DNA of 64,000 nucleotides from Candidatus Moanibacter sp. Lineage in GTDB: Bacteria > Verrucomicrobiota > Verrucomicrobiia > Opitutales > UBA2987. Under the pieces are notes generated by a model. That model ran no database searches. It was not told where the DNA came from and worked only from the letters and a program-made list of their open reading frames with translations. Where the stretch lies: NCBI GenBank assembly GCA_965215885.1, contig CBDCEW010000095.1, forward strand, positions 1-64,000. The letters are read 5' to 3'. Shown here piece after piece: positions 51,931 to 61,265 of the stretch (position 1 is the first letter of the stretch; every line of letters begins with the position of its first letter). The position numbers were made by a program, and so were the translations under genes.

Positions 51931-53199
51931 ATGCCCGATAAACCGAAGAGCCATCTGACCTTGTACATCGCCGTTGCGATTGTCATGGCCATCCTCCTGG
52001 CTGTTTTTGCTCCAGGATTTGCAATGCAGTTCGAGCTTGGGGGTAAAATATTCCTCAACGTGCTCACGATGATGGTCGTTCCGCTGGTGATGGCCAGCGT
52101 GATGAGCGGCATCATTGGACTCGGCGACATTCGAAAACTGGGCCGCCCCGGCGGTTTTGCGGTGACCTACTACCTGATGACAACCGTCCTGGCTGTGCTC
52201 GTGGGTCTGCTCATGGTGAATTTGATTCAACCTGGTGTCGGTGTCGACCAGACGACCCTGGACGCGAGCCTCGCGGAGGGTCAGGTGAGCACTGCTGGCC
52301 GGGAAGATGCGGACCTGGGAACAATCCTTCGGGGCTTGGTCCTGATGCTCTTTACCGACAACCTGATCGAGTCGGCAGCCAAGACCAGCCTGCTACCGCT
52401 GATTTTCTTCTCGATCATCTTTGCCGGAATGCTCACGACAATGGGCACCCGAGTCCAGGCGCTTACCGAGATAATCGTCCAAGTCAACGAAGCGCTCTTG
52501 TCGTTCATCCTGTTGCTGATGAAACTGGCCCCGTTCGGAATCTTCTGCCTGGTGACTGCCCGCTTTGGTGAAGCTCAGGCTGGGGGAAATCTGGGAGCGG
52601 TTCTTCAACAGACTGGAGCGTACTTTGGAACGGTCCTTGCCGGGCTGGGGGTCCATGCATTTTTAACGCTTCCCTTGATCCTGTGGATCTTCACCCGAAG
52701 AAACCCGGTCCGTTTCATGTACCAGATGTCCCAGGCTCTACTGACGGCCTTTTCAACTGCGAGTTCAACGGCAACGCTGCCGATCACGATGAATTGTGCC
52801 GTCGAAAAGGCCAAGGTATCGAAACAATCCTCCGATTTCGTTCTTCCCTTGGGCGCCACGATCAATATGGATGGCACCGCCCTCTATGAGGCCGCGGCTG
52901 CCATATTCATCGCACAGGCGATTGGGTTTGAGCTCACGATCACCTCGCAGCTTGTGATTGCCGTCACTGCTACCATGGCGGCTATCGGAGCCGCGGGCAT
53001 TCCCGAAGCCGGGCTGGTCACGATGGTGATCGTGTTGAACGCGGTCGGATTACCTATCGAATATATCGGGCTGATCCTGTCGGTCGACTGGCTACTAGAT
53101 CGTTTCAGGACGGCGGTGAACGTCTTTGGCGATTCGATTGGTTCCGCAGTGGTCGAGAAGAGCTTCAAACGGCAGGCGGAAGCCTTGGGCGATCGATAG
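51931..53199 (+). CDS. Dicarboxylate/amino acid:cation symporter (DAACS/GltP-like)
   Basis: AFSTASS.ATLP, GATINMDGTALY, DRFRTAVNV.GD. Confidence 0.93.
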   Translation: MPDKPKSHLTLYIAVAIVMAILLAVFAPGFAMQFELGGKIFLNVLTMMVVPLVMASVMSGIIGLGDIRKLGRPGGFAVTYYLMTTVLAVLVGLLMVNLIQPGVGVDQTTLDASLAEGQVSTAGREDADLGTILRGLVLMLFTDNLIESAAKTSLLPLIFFSIIFAGMLTTMGTRVQALTEIIVQVNEALLSFILLLMKLAPFGIFCLVTARFGEAQAGGNLGAVLQQTGAYFGTVLAGLGVHAFLTLPLILWIFTRRNPVRFMYQMSQALLTAFSTASSTATLPITMNCAVEKAKVSKQSSDFVLPLGATINMDGTALYEAAAAIFIAQAIGFELTITSQLVIAVTATMAAIGAAGIPEAGLVTMVIVLNAVGLPIEYIGLILSVDWLLDRFRTAVNVFGDSIGSAVVEKSFKRQAEALGDR

Positions 53200-53275
53200 G
53201 AGGGGAGGGCACTGTCAGAGGAAATTAGCAGGTCTGAGTTCGCCGCAGATTCGTCCATCTCAGCAAGGAGAAACC

Positions 53276-53437
53276 ATGGGTAAAGACAAACTAGAAGACG
53301 CCGCAAAGAAAAGGGTGAGAGAAGAGCCCGAAACTGAGCTGCTCAAGCGCAGCGATGCGCCGGGGCAGAAACCGGAGAAGCCGGAGAATCCGGGGGGATT
53401 CAGGGACCTGTTCGAGGATATGTGGGGGGGACTTTGA
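53276..53437 (+). CDS. Small hypothetical protein (53 aa)
   Basis: AAGGAG RBS then MGKDKLED..DMWGGL. Confidence 0.4.
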   Translation: MGKDKLEDAAKKRVREEPETELLKRSDAPGQKPEKPENPGGFRDLFEDMWGGL

Positions 53438-53470
53438 GAACCCCCAGGATTCAAAAAAAAGGAAAATGCG

Positions 53471-53779
53471 ATGAGTTCGGTAGTTTGGGACAAAGACAAC
53501 CTGATCCAAAAAGTTGGAGGTAATGTCGAAGAACTGGGCCATGTGAAGTACGACCAGCACTCGAACGAGTACGTCCTTTGGCTTAAGGACACACGCGGCG
53601 TGTTCGGCACCAAAAAAAGATACATACGAGGCGATTCCTTCCCGTCGATGAAGGATGCCAAGCAGAACGCCGCTGGCTCCAAGTCCGCTTTTCTTTTGCA
53701 CTACATGTGGATGGTCGGCCTGCGCGACGACAGCAATAAAACCGACAAAGATGTTACCCAGGGCATAGAAGATGACTGA
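53471..53779 (+). CDS. Hypothetical protein
   Basis: 102 aa ORF with AAGGA RBS. Confidence 0.5.
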   Translation: MSSVVWDKDNLIQKVGGNVEELGHVKYDQHSNEYVLWLKDTRGVFGTKKRYIRGDSFPSMKDAKQNAAGSKSAFLLHYMWMVGLRDDSNKTDKDVTQGIEDD

Positions 53780-54009
53780 AAGAAATAAGCCGCTGAAGGA
53801 GTCAACGTTCAAGGAAGAAATGGACAAGCAAGCAAGAAAATCCGTAAAGCGAGATATTTGTTTTTTCCTCGTCGGATTGGTCAGGACTTGGCATCGGATT
53901 GGTCGGAATTTTTGTATAATTTGGGCGTCCACGTCCAAAGGTATTGCTAATCGAGTCTCTCCAGCAATACCGTTTCGCAACGCCCAAGCCCTTGAAAAGT
54001 CGTCAGGCG

Positions 54010-54521
54010 ACGGATCGTTGCAGAATCGCTCATTTGTAGCTGATCGCACCGAGTTCTGGTGGGACCCCAAGCACCCCGACGAGCGCTCACTGTGGATGAG
54101 CAAGATCCGCCTCGGCGAAGACTTCTTCAACGAGATCATCAGCTGTCCCGTCGCCGCTGGACATGAACATCCTGAAGGCCCTCAAGCGGTCCTCGCTGGG
54201 CCTGGACTGGTACCTGTGGCCACCTACCGCACCTTTGCCCTCCGTGCTCCACTACGGCTCTCCTGGCGGTCGCTCTACCGGCAGTTCGGCGCGAACCCGG
54301 CCAGAGCGGGCGACAAGAACACAGTGAACCGCTTCCGCACGGAATGCTTGCGGGAGCTCAAGAAGATCAAGGTGTCCTGGCCGGAGCTGCACTACTCGAC
54401 GGCCAGGGGCGTCTTGATCCTGCATCCATCAACACCGGCCATCCCCCCGCCACCCGAGCCGACACGCCGTTTTTTCAGCAATCCCCACGAAGCCGGTCAA
54501 TCAGATCGCTTTCGGGCTTGA
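54010..54521 (+). pseudogene. Plasmid replication protein RepA (RepA_C-like) 3' remnant, frameshifted
   Basis: FWW..LW.SKIRLGEDFFNEII..PV/PLDMNILKALKRSSLGLDWYLW/TYRTF..SW.SLYRQFG. Confidence 0.7.
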
Positions 54522-55411
54522 CTTCGAAGGTCTCCACCGATGTGACGGATCTGCGCCTTGAGCGTCTTCAGTGACTGGCCTGAGGGGTCATTGATGAACC
54601 CTGCGAGAAAACCACTCGCCCGGGTTAGTCATGTCGGACAAGGGCAACCTTGAAGTTGGCATTCTGCCCGTGCGTGAGTTTTGCAGGGCGCCAAGGAACC
54701 CGATATGAGCTGGATTAAGCCCTTTAGCTTCTTCCGCTTTCCGATAACCCACCCTACGGAGGTGATGGTTACAGGCCGTTGCCCCACGTTAGTTACATCA
54801 AAGCACACATGTTCCGGCAGGACTGCCGTCACCAGGAACCACCATACGAATGCCAACGAATATTCTGAGACGTACCTTCTCGACATTCTTGGCAAGATAG
54901 AGGGCCGTCATTACGGCCAGGAGTGTTGCCAACCCTGCGACCCACGTCCCGACAACCATCCAGAGCTGGACCTTCTGGTCGAACGTCATCTCATCCGCCC
55001 GTTTGTGTTGATCCTCTTGCCCCCGACCATCCCTCCGTCATCCGACCCGACGCGCCTCGGGGAATAGCTCTTTCCTGGTGCTAGGATCGCCCCTGACGGC
55101 TTCGGCGGGCCGGTTTGGACCGCTCTCTGGTCCTCTCCACTCCCTGAATCGATAGGAGCGCGTAAATTGCCTATTTCCACAGGCTTGTGTGTTTCGGGGG
55201 AGTTTTCCACGAACATTCCGCCAACATTCCCGCTCGATCCTTCGAATATTCCGCCCACATACTCCGTTCATGGGCAATTATACAAGTAATAAAGAACAAG
55301 TAGTAGGAGCGTATGTGTCCCGGGGTCGGCCCCCTAGTCGAAGGGGCTAACACCCCTCCGAGAGAGAACTACCCTCCCCCCTCTGGCGGCTTATCCGTCA
55401 AAGGCCTTTCC

Positions 55412-56371
55412 TTACACCGAGATGCGCTCGACGATATTGCGGGTGACCCGCCTGCGTCTGCGGTCATAGAGCTGGGTCGTTTGGGGATTGGAGTGCCCAG
55501 CCAAGTACTGCACGTCCTCCATGGGCACGTTCTGGCCCAGCAGATCGGTGACCACCATCACCCGGAAACTGTGAGGGGCAATGATCTGGGGCAACCCTGC
55601 CTCCTTGAGCCTCCGCTTGAGCATCCGGCGCACCCCGTGCGCCGTCATGGCTCGATCGAGGAGCCCCAACCCCCACCTGTCCGCCGCTAGAAACAACGGC
55701 GTCGCCTTTAGCGACAAGTCGATTCGGCCCGCTTCCAAGTAGGCGGCGATCCACTCGTCCAAGTCATGCCGCACCGGAATCTCGCGCTGCTTGCCTCCCT
55801 TTTCCCGGAACCGCAAGACCCGCTGCGTCTCCTGCTCTTGCAGGTCCCCACGTCGTAGCCGCGCCAGGGCTCCCACCCGAGCCCCGGTGTAGGTCAGCAC
55901 CCCCAGCACGGCCCGATCCCGCAGCCCCACGACGTGAGAGAGGTCCAGGGAGCCAAGCAAAGCCCGCGCCTGACCGGGGGCCAGCTCGGGCGTCTTGCCG
56001 TCCACGACGGCGTGCTTCCGCCCCCGCACGGAGGAAAACGGGTTCAGAGCCACCACATGGCGCGTCACCAGGGCGTCGAAAAAATGCCGCAGAGCGGCCA
56101 GCGCCAGATTCTTGGTGGGGTCCGATCCGGGCAACTCCTCAATAAAGCGCCCGGCCAGGCCCGGCGTGACCTGACGGAGCTCGATGCCCTGTTCTTCGCA
56201 CCAGAGGAGAAAGCGCCCCACGGGGCGGGCATAGGCGCGGCGGGTGTGGGGGTTGGATATCTTGGCCGAGAAGAACTCATCGGCGGCAAACAGCGCGTTT
56301 CTGCCCGCCCGATGAAGGATGGCGGGGAAGGTTTCGGACAACGCGGCGGTGCGAGGAACAAGTCCGTTCAT
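55412..56371 (-). CDS. Tyrosine recombinase (XerC/D-like)
   Basis: LRDRA..YTGAR, EKGGK.R, PHSFR, LAGH..TTQLYDRR. Confidence 0.92.
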   Translation of the reverse strand: MNGLVPRTAALSETFPAILHRAGRNALFAADEFFSAKISNPHTRRAYARPVGRFLLWCEEQGIELRQVTPGLAGRFIEELPGSDPTKNLALAALRHFFDALVTRHVVALNPFSSVRGRKHAVVDGKTPELAPGQARALLGSLDLSHVVGLRDRAVLGVLTYTGARVGALARLRRGDLQEQETQRVLRFREKGGKQREIPVRHDLDEWIAAYLEAGRIDLSLKATPLFLAADRWGLGLLDRAMTAHGVRRMLKRRLKEAGLPQIIAPHSFRVMVVTDLLGQNVPMEDVQYLAGHSNPQTTQLYDRRRRRVTRNIVERISV

Positions 56372-56534
56372 ATATAGCACGATAACATACTTTATCGTGC
56401 CTTACAAGCCCCACTCCAGCAGTTGGATATGGTCCAGAAAAACCGCCATGATGCTGGTCATCCCCAACAATTTTGAACCACCATTACCCTCAACTATGTC
56501 CGTGGCACTTGAAAGCGTCCCAGGGCAACGAGGG

Positions 56535-56705
56535 TCAGTCCAATGCTTCGAGAGTGATGGCGATGCGGGGGGGAGGAGGCTTGGGGAGCGCCCACTTCTG
56601 GACGTATAGGGTGCCGATCTTCGGTGGCTGCCCCGCCGTTTCCTCGGCGTAGCGGAACGTTCCTTTGGTCTCTTTCTCCAGCTTGAATTGAGCGGAAAGC
56701 TGCAT
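56535..56705 (-). CDS. Small hypothetical protein (56 aa)
   Basis: Below ORF cutoff; GAAGGAGG RBS; MQLSAQFKLEKETKGTFRYAEETAGQPPKIGTLYVQKWALPKPPPPRIAITLEALD. Confidence 0.65.
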   Translation of the reverse strand: MQLSAQFKLEKETKGTFRYAEETAGQPPKIGTLYVQKWALPKPPPPRIAITLEALD

Positions 56706-56809
56706 TTTCCCTCCTTCGATCTTTGATCGATTATTTACGTGCTTACTCAGCCCCTCTCCTCGGCATCCGCATCGCGCTGTCCCAGATTACCCCTGCATTC
56801 CTCCCCGTT

Positions 56810-57229
56810 TGCGAACGCTCTTGTTGGGAAGAACGAGAGCGGCAAGACAGCCGTTCTCAAGGCGATGTGGAAAAGCCAGAATGTCTCCGACGCAGCCTTT
56901 GTCAAGCTCTACGACTACCCCCGCGACCGCTATTCGGTGGACCGGAAGAGCACTCAGGAAGTGACCATTCTGAAGTTTGAGTTGTTGCCCGAGGAAACGG
57001 AAGACCTTGTTTCACATCTGTCGCAGGCCCCGGCAGCCGAGCCCGGACACATCATCTATACGACCTTTTACGACGGCGAGGACAAGGTTCGCAAAAAGGT
57101 CAGGTTTGACAAGGCTCTCCAATCACGAAGCTCCGGTGCGGTCGCCCGCGCCGCCATAGAAGCTGTCACTAAGGTCATCGACGCCCAGGACGGAGAAGAC
57201 CTTGACCCGGTTCACGCCGCATCCACGAA
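56810..57229 (+). pseudogene. Fragment of an ABC/OLD-like ATPase
   Basis: ALVGKNESGKTAVL Walker A and DYPR; cut at 57230. Confidence 0.65.
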
Positions 57230-57469
57230 TGTGGAGGGCGGCGTGAAAACCGTCAGAATCGGCAGTTTGAAAACCGGTAAAGAATCATTACAAACACAAG
57301 TATCCAGGTTGCAGGTGCTGTCCTCGAAACACTCAGTACCATCCCGATGTTCAATATGAAACGGCGAATGAATGCGCAGCTGAAGAAGATGTCGCATATT
57401 TCGAATGAGTAAGAAAACCAACGGATTTCAAAGCGCCGGTTTTCCCCGAGTTTCGGACCGCTGGTGACA
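57230..57469. mobile_element. IS21-like miniature element
   Basis: TGT...ACA ends with repeated TGAAAACCG-type subterminal motifs; no target duplication seen. Confidence 0.45.
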
Positions 57470-57478
57470 ACCCCCACA

Positions 57479-57592
57479 CAGATCAAACTGGCTTGGCCGG
57501 AACTGAATTACTCGACGGGCCGTGGCATCTTGATTCTCTCGCCTTCAACCCCCGTCATCGCCCCAGTGGATCAGCGTCAACTAGCAAGCTAG
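57479..57592 (+). pseudogene. Second RepA C-terminal remnant
   Basis: IKLAWPELNYSTGRGILILSPSTP versus IKVSWPELHYSTARGVLILHPSTP. Confidence 0.75.
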
Positions 57593-57899
57593 AACCGCAA
57601 AGCTCGCCCCTGACGGCCCCGCGAGTCGCGGGCGTCCTTCCTAAACGGTCTCCGCACCGCTGAAAGTCGTTCCTGGGGCTTCTTACGGTGTCCTGGTCGC
57701 CCGCCGCCGCGAGGTTTATCCACAGGTGCCAGTGATGCGGGGGAGTTTTCCACGCCTATTCGGGTCACCCCCCCCCGACGATTCTGCACCTATTCGGGTC
57801 GATTGCAGCGGCCCAAAACACTGGGGATTGGCCCCCAGTACTGTCCCCGATCTGAGCAGAGTTTTCTGGCGTTTTGGCCTCGCTCTCCTCGAGATAAGA

Positions 57900-59123
57900 C
57901 TAACTGCCTCGCGTCACCGTCACCCTGTATGTCCCCGTCGTCTTCCCATCCTCCGCTGTCACTTGGATCAATATTGTATTCTCACCCAGCTCAAGGCCGG
58001 CGAAGGTAACGACCTTGCGCAGGGCAGTCTCACGAGAGCGCCCCATCGTCCAATCCATTGCACGCATCGCCAGGGGCGAACCATGCGCGGTCATGCCACT
58101 CGCATTGAGCGCCGATGCCGTCAGGCCCGTGATCGCCATCTTGACCGCCGTCACGTCCGATGGCACAGTAGCTCCATAGGATCTGGTATCGGGGCCAAAC
58201 GCTGGACGCAGGATCCCGCCCCCCGTGCTTACGAGCAGACCGAACCCGAACAATCCCGCCTCTCCCTCCAACACCGTCAGGTCGGCAAGCGTGGTGTCGT
58301 TGCTCGGCCCTAGTCGAAGTACCTCTACGGTGTAGCTTTCCGTCGTTGAGCCATCCTCGGATGTAGCTAGGATCCCAATCGTGTTCCGCCCCACAGTCAA
58401 GCCTGAGAGTGTCATTCCATTCACCGCTAGCTTGCTGCCGTCAGACGCGGTTCCACCCAATTGCAGAACCGTCCCTGCTTCTTTCCTACGGGCGGTCACA
58501 TCGAGACCTGTGGCTCTGTAGACTACGCTTGCCTCATAGGATTTCGTGTCGCTTGCAAAGGCAGGGGTTAGGGCACCATCAGATAGCTCCAGCGCAGTCA
58601 ACGTTGGATCGGTTCCGAATGTCGCGGCCCTTCTGACGGTTACGTCGTAGCTCTCTGAATGCTCTGGGCTTTCAGGTGCGCTCACTAGAATCCGAATCGT
58701 GCTTTCCTCCGACCCAAGGCCATTAAATGAAAGGATTCTTGAGCGCGTTGAGCCCTCCTTGATCGACCAAGTCTTGCGCTTGCGGTTCTTGCCACCCGGC
58801 GCGTTGTACCGCTCAACAATGACCTTGGCCGGGGAATCCATGCTGAAGACCAGCGTAATGCCCGTAGCTGTTCGTGGGGCGTCGATCACGTAGGCCGAAG
58901 TCCCTTCAGCGTGAGTCGCCTGAAGCCGCGGTAGTGTCAACGGAAGACTCCGGGGCTTATTTGGGAGAAACCCGAGATGGGCCTCGAAGGGGTTCAGAGT
59001 GAATTCGGCGACCGCACCAGGATGCGCCTTCTGCCCGAATGCGATACCGGACACCAACAGGCCGCCGATCACTAGTCCGTGGGCGAACACTTTCCACATA
59101 ACGGCTATTATGGGGAATACCAT
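57900..59123 (-). CDS. Secreted protein with cadherin-like beta-sandwich repeats
   Basis: Signal peptide; L.PAF..DT.SY.A.V and G.NTI.I..T.EDG.T..Y.V twice. Confidence 0.82.
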   Translation of the reverse strand: MVFPIIAVMWKVFAHGLVIGGLLVSGIAFGQKAHPGAVAEFTLNPFEAHLGFLPNKPRSLPLTLPRLQATHAEGTSAYVIDAPRTATGITLVFSMDSPAKVIVERYNAPGGKNRKRKTWSIKEGSTRSRILSFNGLGSEESTIRILVSAPESPEHSESYDVTVRRAATFGTDPTLTALELSDGALTPAFASDTKSYEASVVYRATGLDVTARRKEAGTVLQLGGTASDGSKLAVNGMTLSGLTVGRNTIGILATSEDGSTTESYTVEVLRLGPSNDTTLADLTVLEGEAGLFGFGLLVSTGGGILRPAFGPDTRSYGATVPSDVTAVKMAITGLTASALNASGMTAHGSPLAMRAMDWTMGRSRETALRKVVTFAGLELGENTILIQVTAEDGKTTGTYRVTVTRGS

Positions 59124-59930
59124 ACTTAATTCAAGGGAATAACATACTTAATTCAACAAAGCCGTTCCTTTTTCGCATAGATGCGGCAGATGTCATCGGG
59201 AGAAATCCGGAATTTGGTCCCGTGGTTTCTTAGTCCCTTGCTTCCCGGCTTGGCCTCTCTGGCGTCAAAATCAATTTTCACCGTTCCGGCTACGACTTCC
59301 CAAATAAAGAAACTCAATTGCAGATTCTCGAAACAGTCCGCTCGCTCATAGACGATCTCTTGTCCGGCCATCCCCGCCATGTTCCACCGGACCTCGAACT
59401 CATCCAGATATCGCTGCAGATGCTTCCAAGTGAAGTGGTGAAAGACCCCGTAATAGCCGCGTTTGAGCAAGGCCCAAAACGACTCGATTCCATTGGTGTG
59501 AACCTTTCCCCGCACATATTCACCGATTGAATGCTTCACGTGGTCATGTTCATATTGCGATTTGAGGCCGGCATATGCCGCGTTTTTGTCTGTGTAGACC
59601 GAAGATCAGGGGATTACATGTTGAGTGATAAAACCGCACAATTCAGTGCGATCTGTTCTTGCTACGCCTTGGACCTTAACCCGCCCATCCCGCGATCTCG
59701 CACCCACTACAGCTTGCTTACCGACCGGGCCCCGTCCCAAATTTAGCTTCTTATCGAAGTGCTTGTTGCTCTCTTTCCCACCAAGATATGCTTCATCAAC
59801 TTCGACTTCCTGATCGAATGGCAATTCATGGGAGTTGATCCCTCCGGCTACTTCGCGGATTCGTCCTAGCATGACCTTATCCGAAAAGCTACTGATTTGC
59901 CGCAAAGAGGCGCAAAAGGCGCGAGAAAAA
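59113..59930 (-). pseudogene. Degraded IS1595 transposase joined to a restriction-endonuclease-like C-terminal scrap
   Basis: EVDEAYLGGK, HTNGIESFWALLKRG, KHLQRYLDEF; then IDFDAR..RNHGTKFRI. Confidence 0.8.
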
Positions 59931-59965
59931 CTTGAGAAAAATCAGTTTTTTGGCTTGATAAAAAG

Positions 59966-60309
59966 GGTTCCTCGACGTTTTCAGTGGTACTGGCACAATA
60001 TCCTTTACTGAGAAGACGCAACCTGAGTACCTATTTCGAACGTTATTACCGCAATGTGTAAGCATCATGGCGAGGCTTCCTTAAACCCATGGGCCAACAT
60101 AATCGAAAATCACCAAGAGGAAACCCTCGCCCACTGGGAATCGCACTTCACCAATACCTGCATTGAAGAACTCAACAGTGTCTTTAGCGCAACCAAACGC
60201 AAAGCCAGAGGCCATCACACCACTAAAGAAGCTAATCACCATGCTCCACTTCGCCGTCGGTAAACTCAACATCCCCTCCGCAATGTACCACTGAAAACGT
60301 CGAGGAACC
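59966..60309 (+). mobile_element. ISL3-derived MITE (344 bp)
   Basis: Perfect 25-bp TIR GGTTCCTCGACGTTTTCAGTGGTAC; internal TN..IE.LNS...KRKARG transposase scrap. Confidence 0.88.
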
Positions 60310-60439
60310 ACAATGAGCTTCATAACTCATTGATTATGAATGACTATTGACTGTTCTTACTGACTCCCCATTTTAACCATATTTAACCAGTAAATGTTTC
60401 ACCATTGTTAATGGTGTAAACATTATCTTAAGAAAGCGG

Positions 60440-61030
60440 ATGAACTTGGGAGAACCAAGCCTGCTCAAACCAGCTATTGCGTCATTACTCGCGGCAGCGG
60501 TACTCTTCGCTACGCCCGCCGCCGCCGAGACCTATCGCGGCCTCACCATCGCACCGGAACACCGCTGCTCCCCCTACAGCCCCGATGACTATCCCTATCC
60601 ACAGTCCGTGAAAGCCCGGATCGTGGCCGAACGCAGCGGGGCGATCTACGGCCCGTACACCGGCACCTACTTCCGCAGCACCCGCGACACGGACATCGAG
60701 CACATCGTCGCCCGCTCCGAAGCCCACGACAGAGCGGCCTGTGCGCAGCAAGCGCCGGCGTCAAAGCCGCCTTTGCCCGCGACCTCCTGAACCTGACGCT
60801 GGCGCATCCCCGTCTCAACCGCTACCAGAAGATCGGCAGACGTAGCCAAGGACGTAGCCGAGTAGACCCCCGCAGTGAACACTTGCTGGTTTGCTGCACG
60901 AACTCTAGCTGTCCGCCGTAAGTACCGCCTGACCATAGACCGGGCAGAAGCCGCCGCGGTCGAGAGGATTCTGACCGGCTGCCCTTCCACCAACATGGTC
61001 CGGCATTCCCCGCGCCCCTTGTCAGCGCCG
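60440..61030 (+). pseudogene. Secreted DUF1524/HNH-type nuclease, frameshifted
   Basis: Signal peptide; DIEHIVA.SEAHD; DLLNLTLA; CWFAAR..VRRKY.LTID spread over several frames. Confidence 0.7.
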
Positions 61031-61265
61031 CCCGTGTCCCCCGTCGATTCTCTCTTTTCGATTTTCGACTACGATTATGGAATGATTAATATCCACTTGA
61101 ATGTCGTAATCGTAGTCGATCGTCGATTTGTCGTTACCCCGAAAATCGACTCGGTGGTTATCCATGGCAGGCATTCTTTTGCTGCTTTTTACCTCGGTGG
61201 GTACGGACTCTGAGAGAATTTTAGACCTGAAGGCGCCGAAAGAAAGGTGGAGATTATTGAGGGGG

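Noticed and set aside
53772..54521. 249-aa ORF as an intact gene
   Set aside because: Chance fusion of an unrelated 5' segment with a frameshifted repA remnant.
43460..56371. Either tyrosine recombinase as the integron integrase for the attC-like sites
   Set aside because: Neither shows the IntI-specific insertion or motifs; their contexts are the tmRNA island and plasmid remnants.
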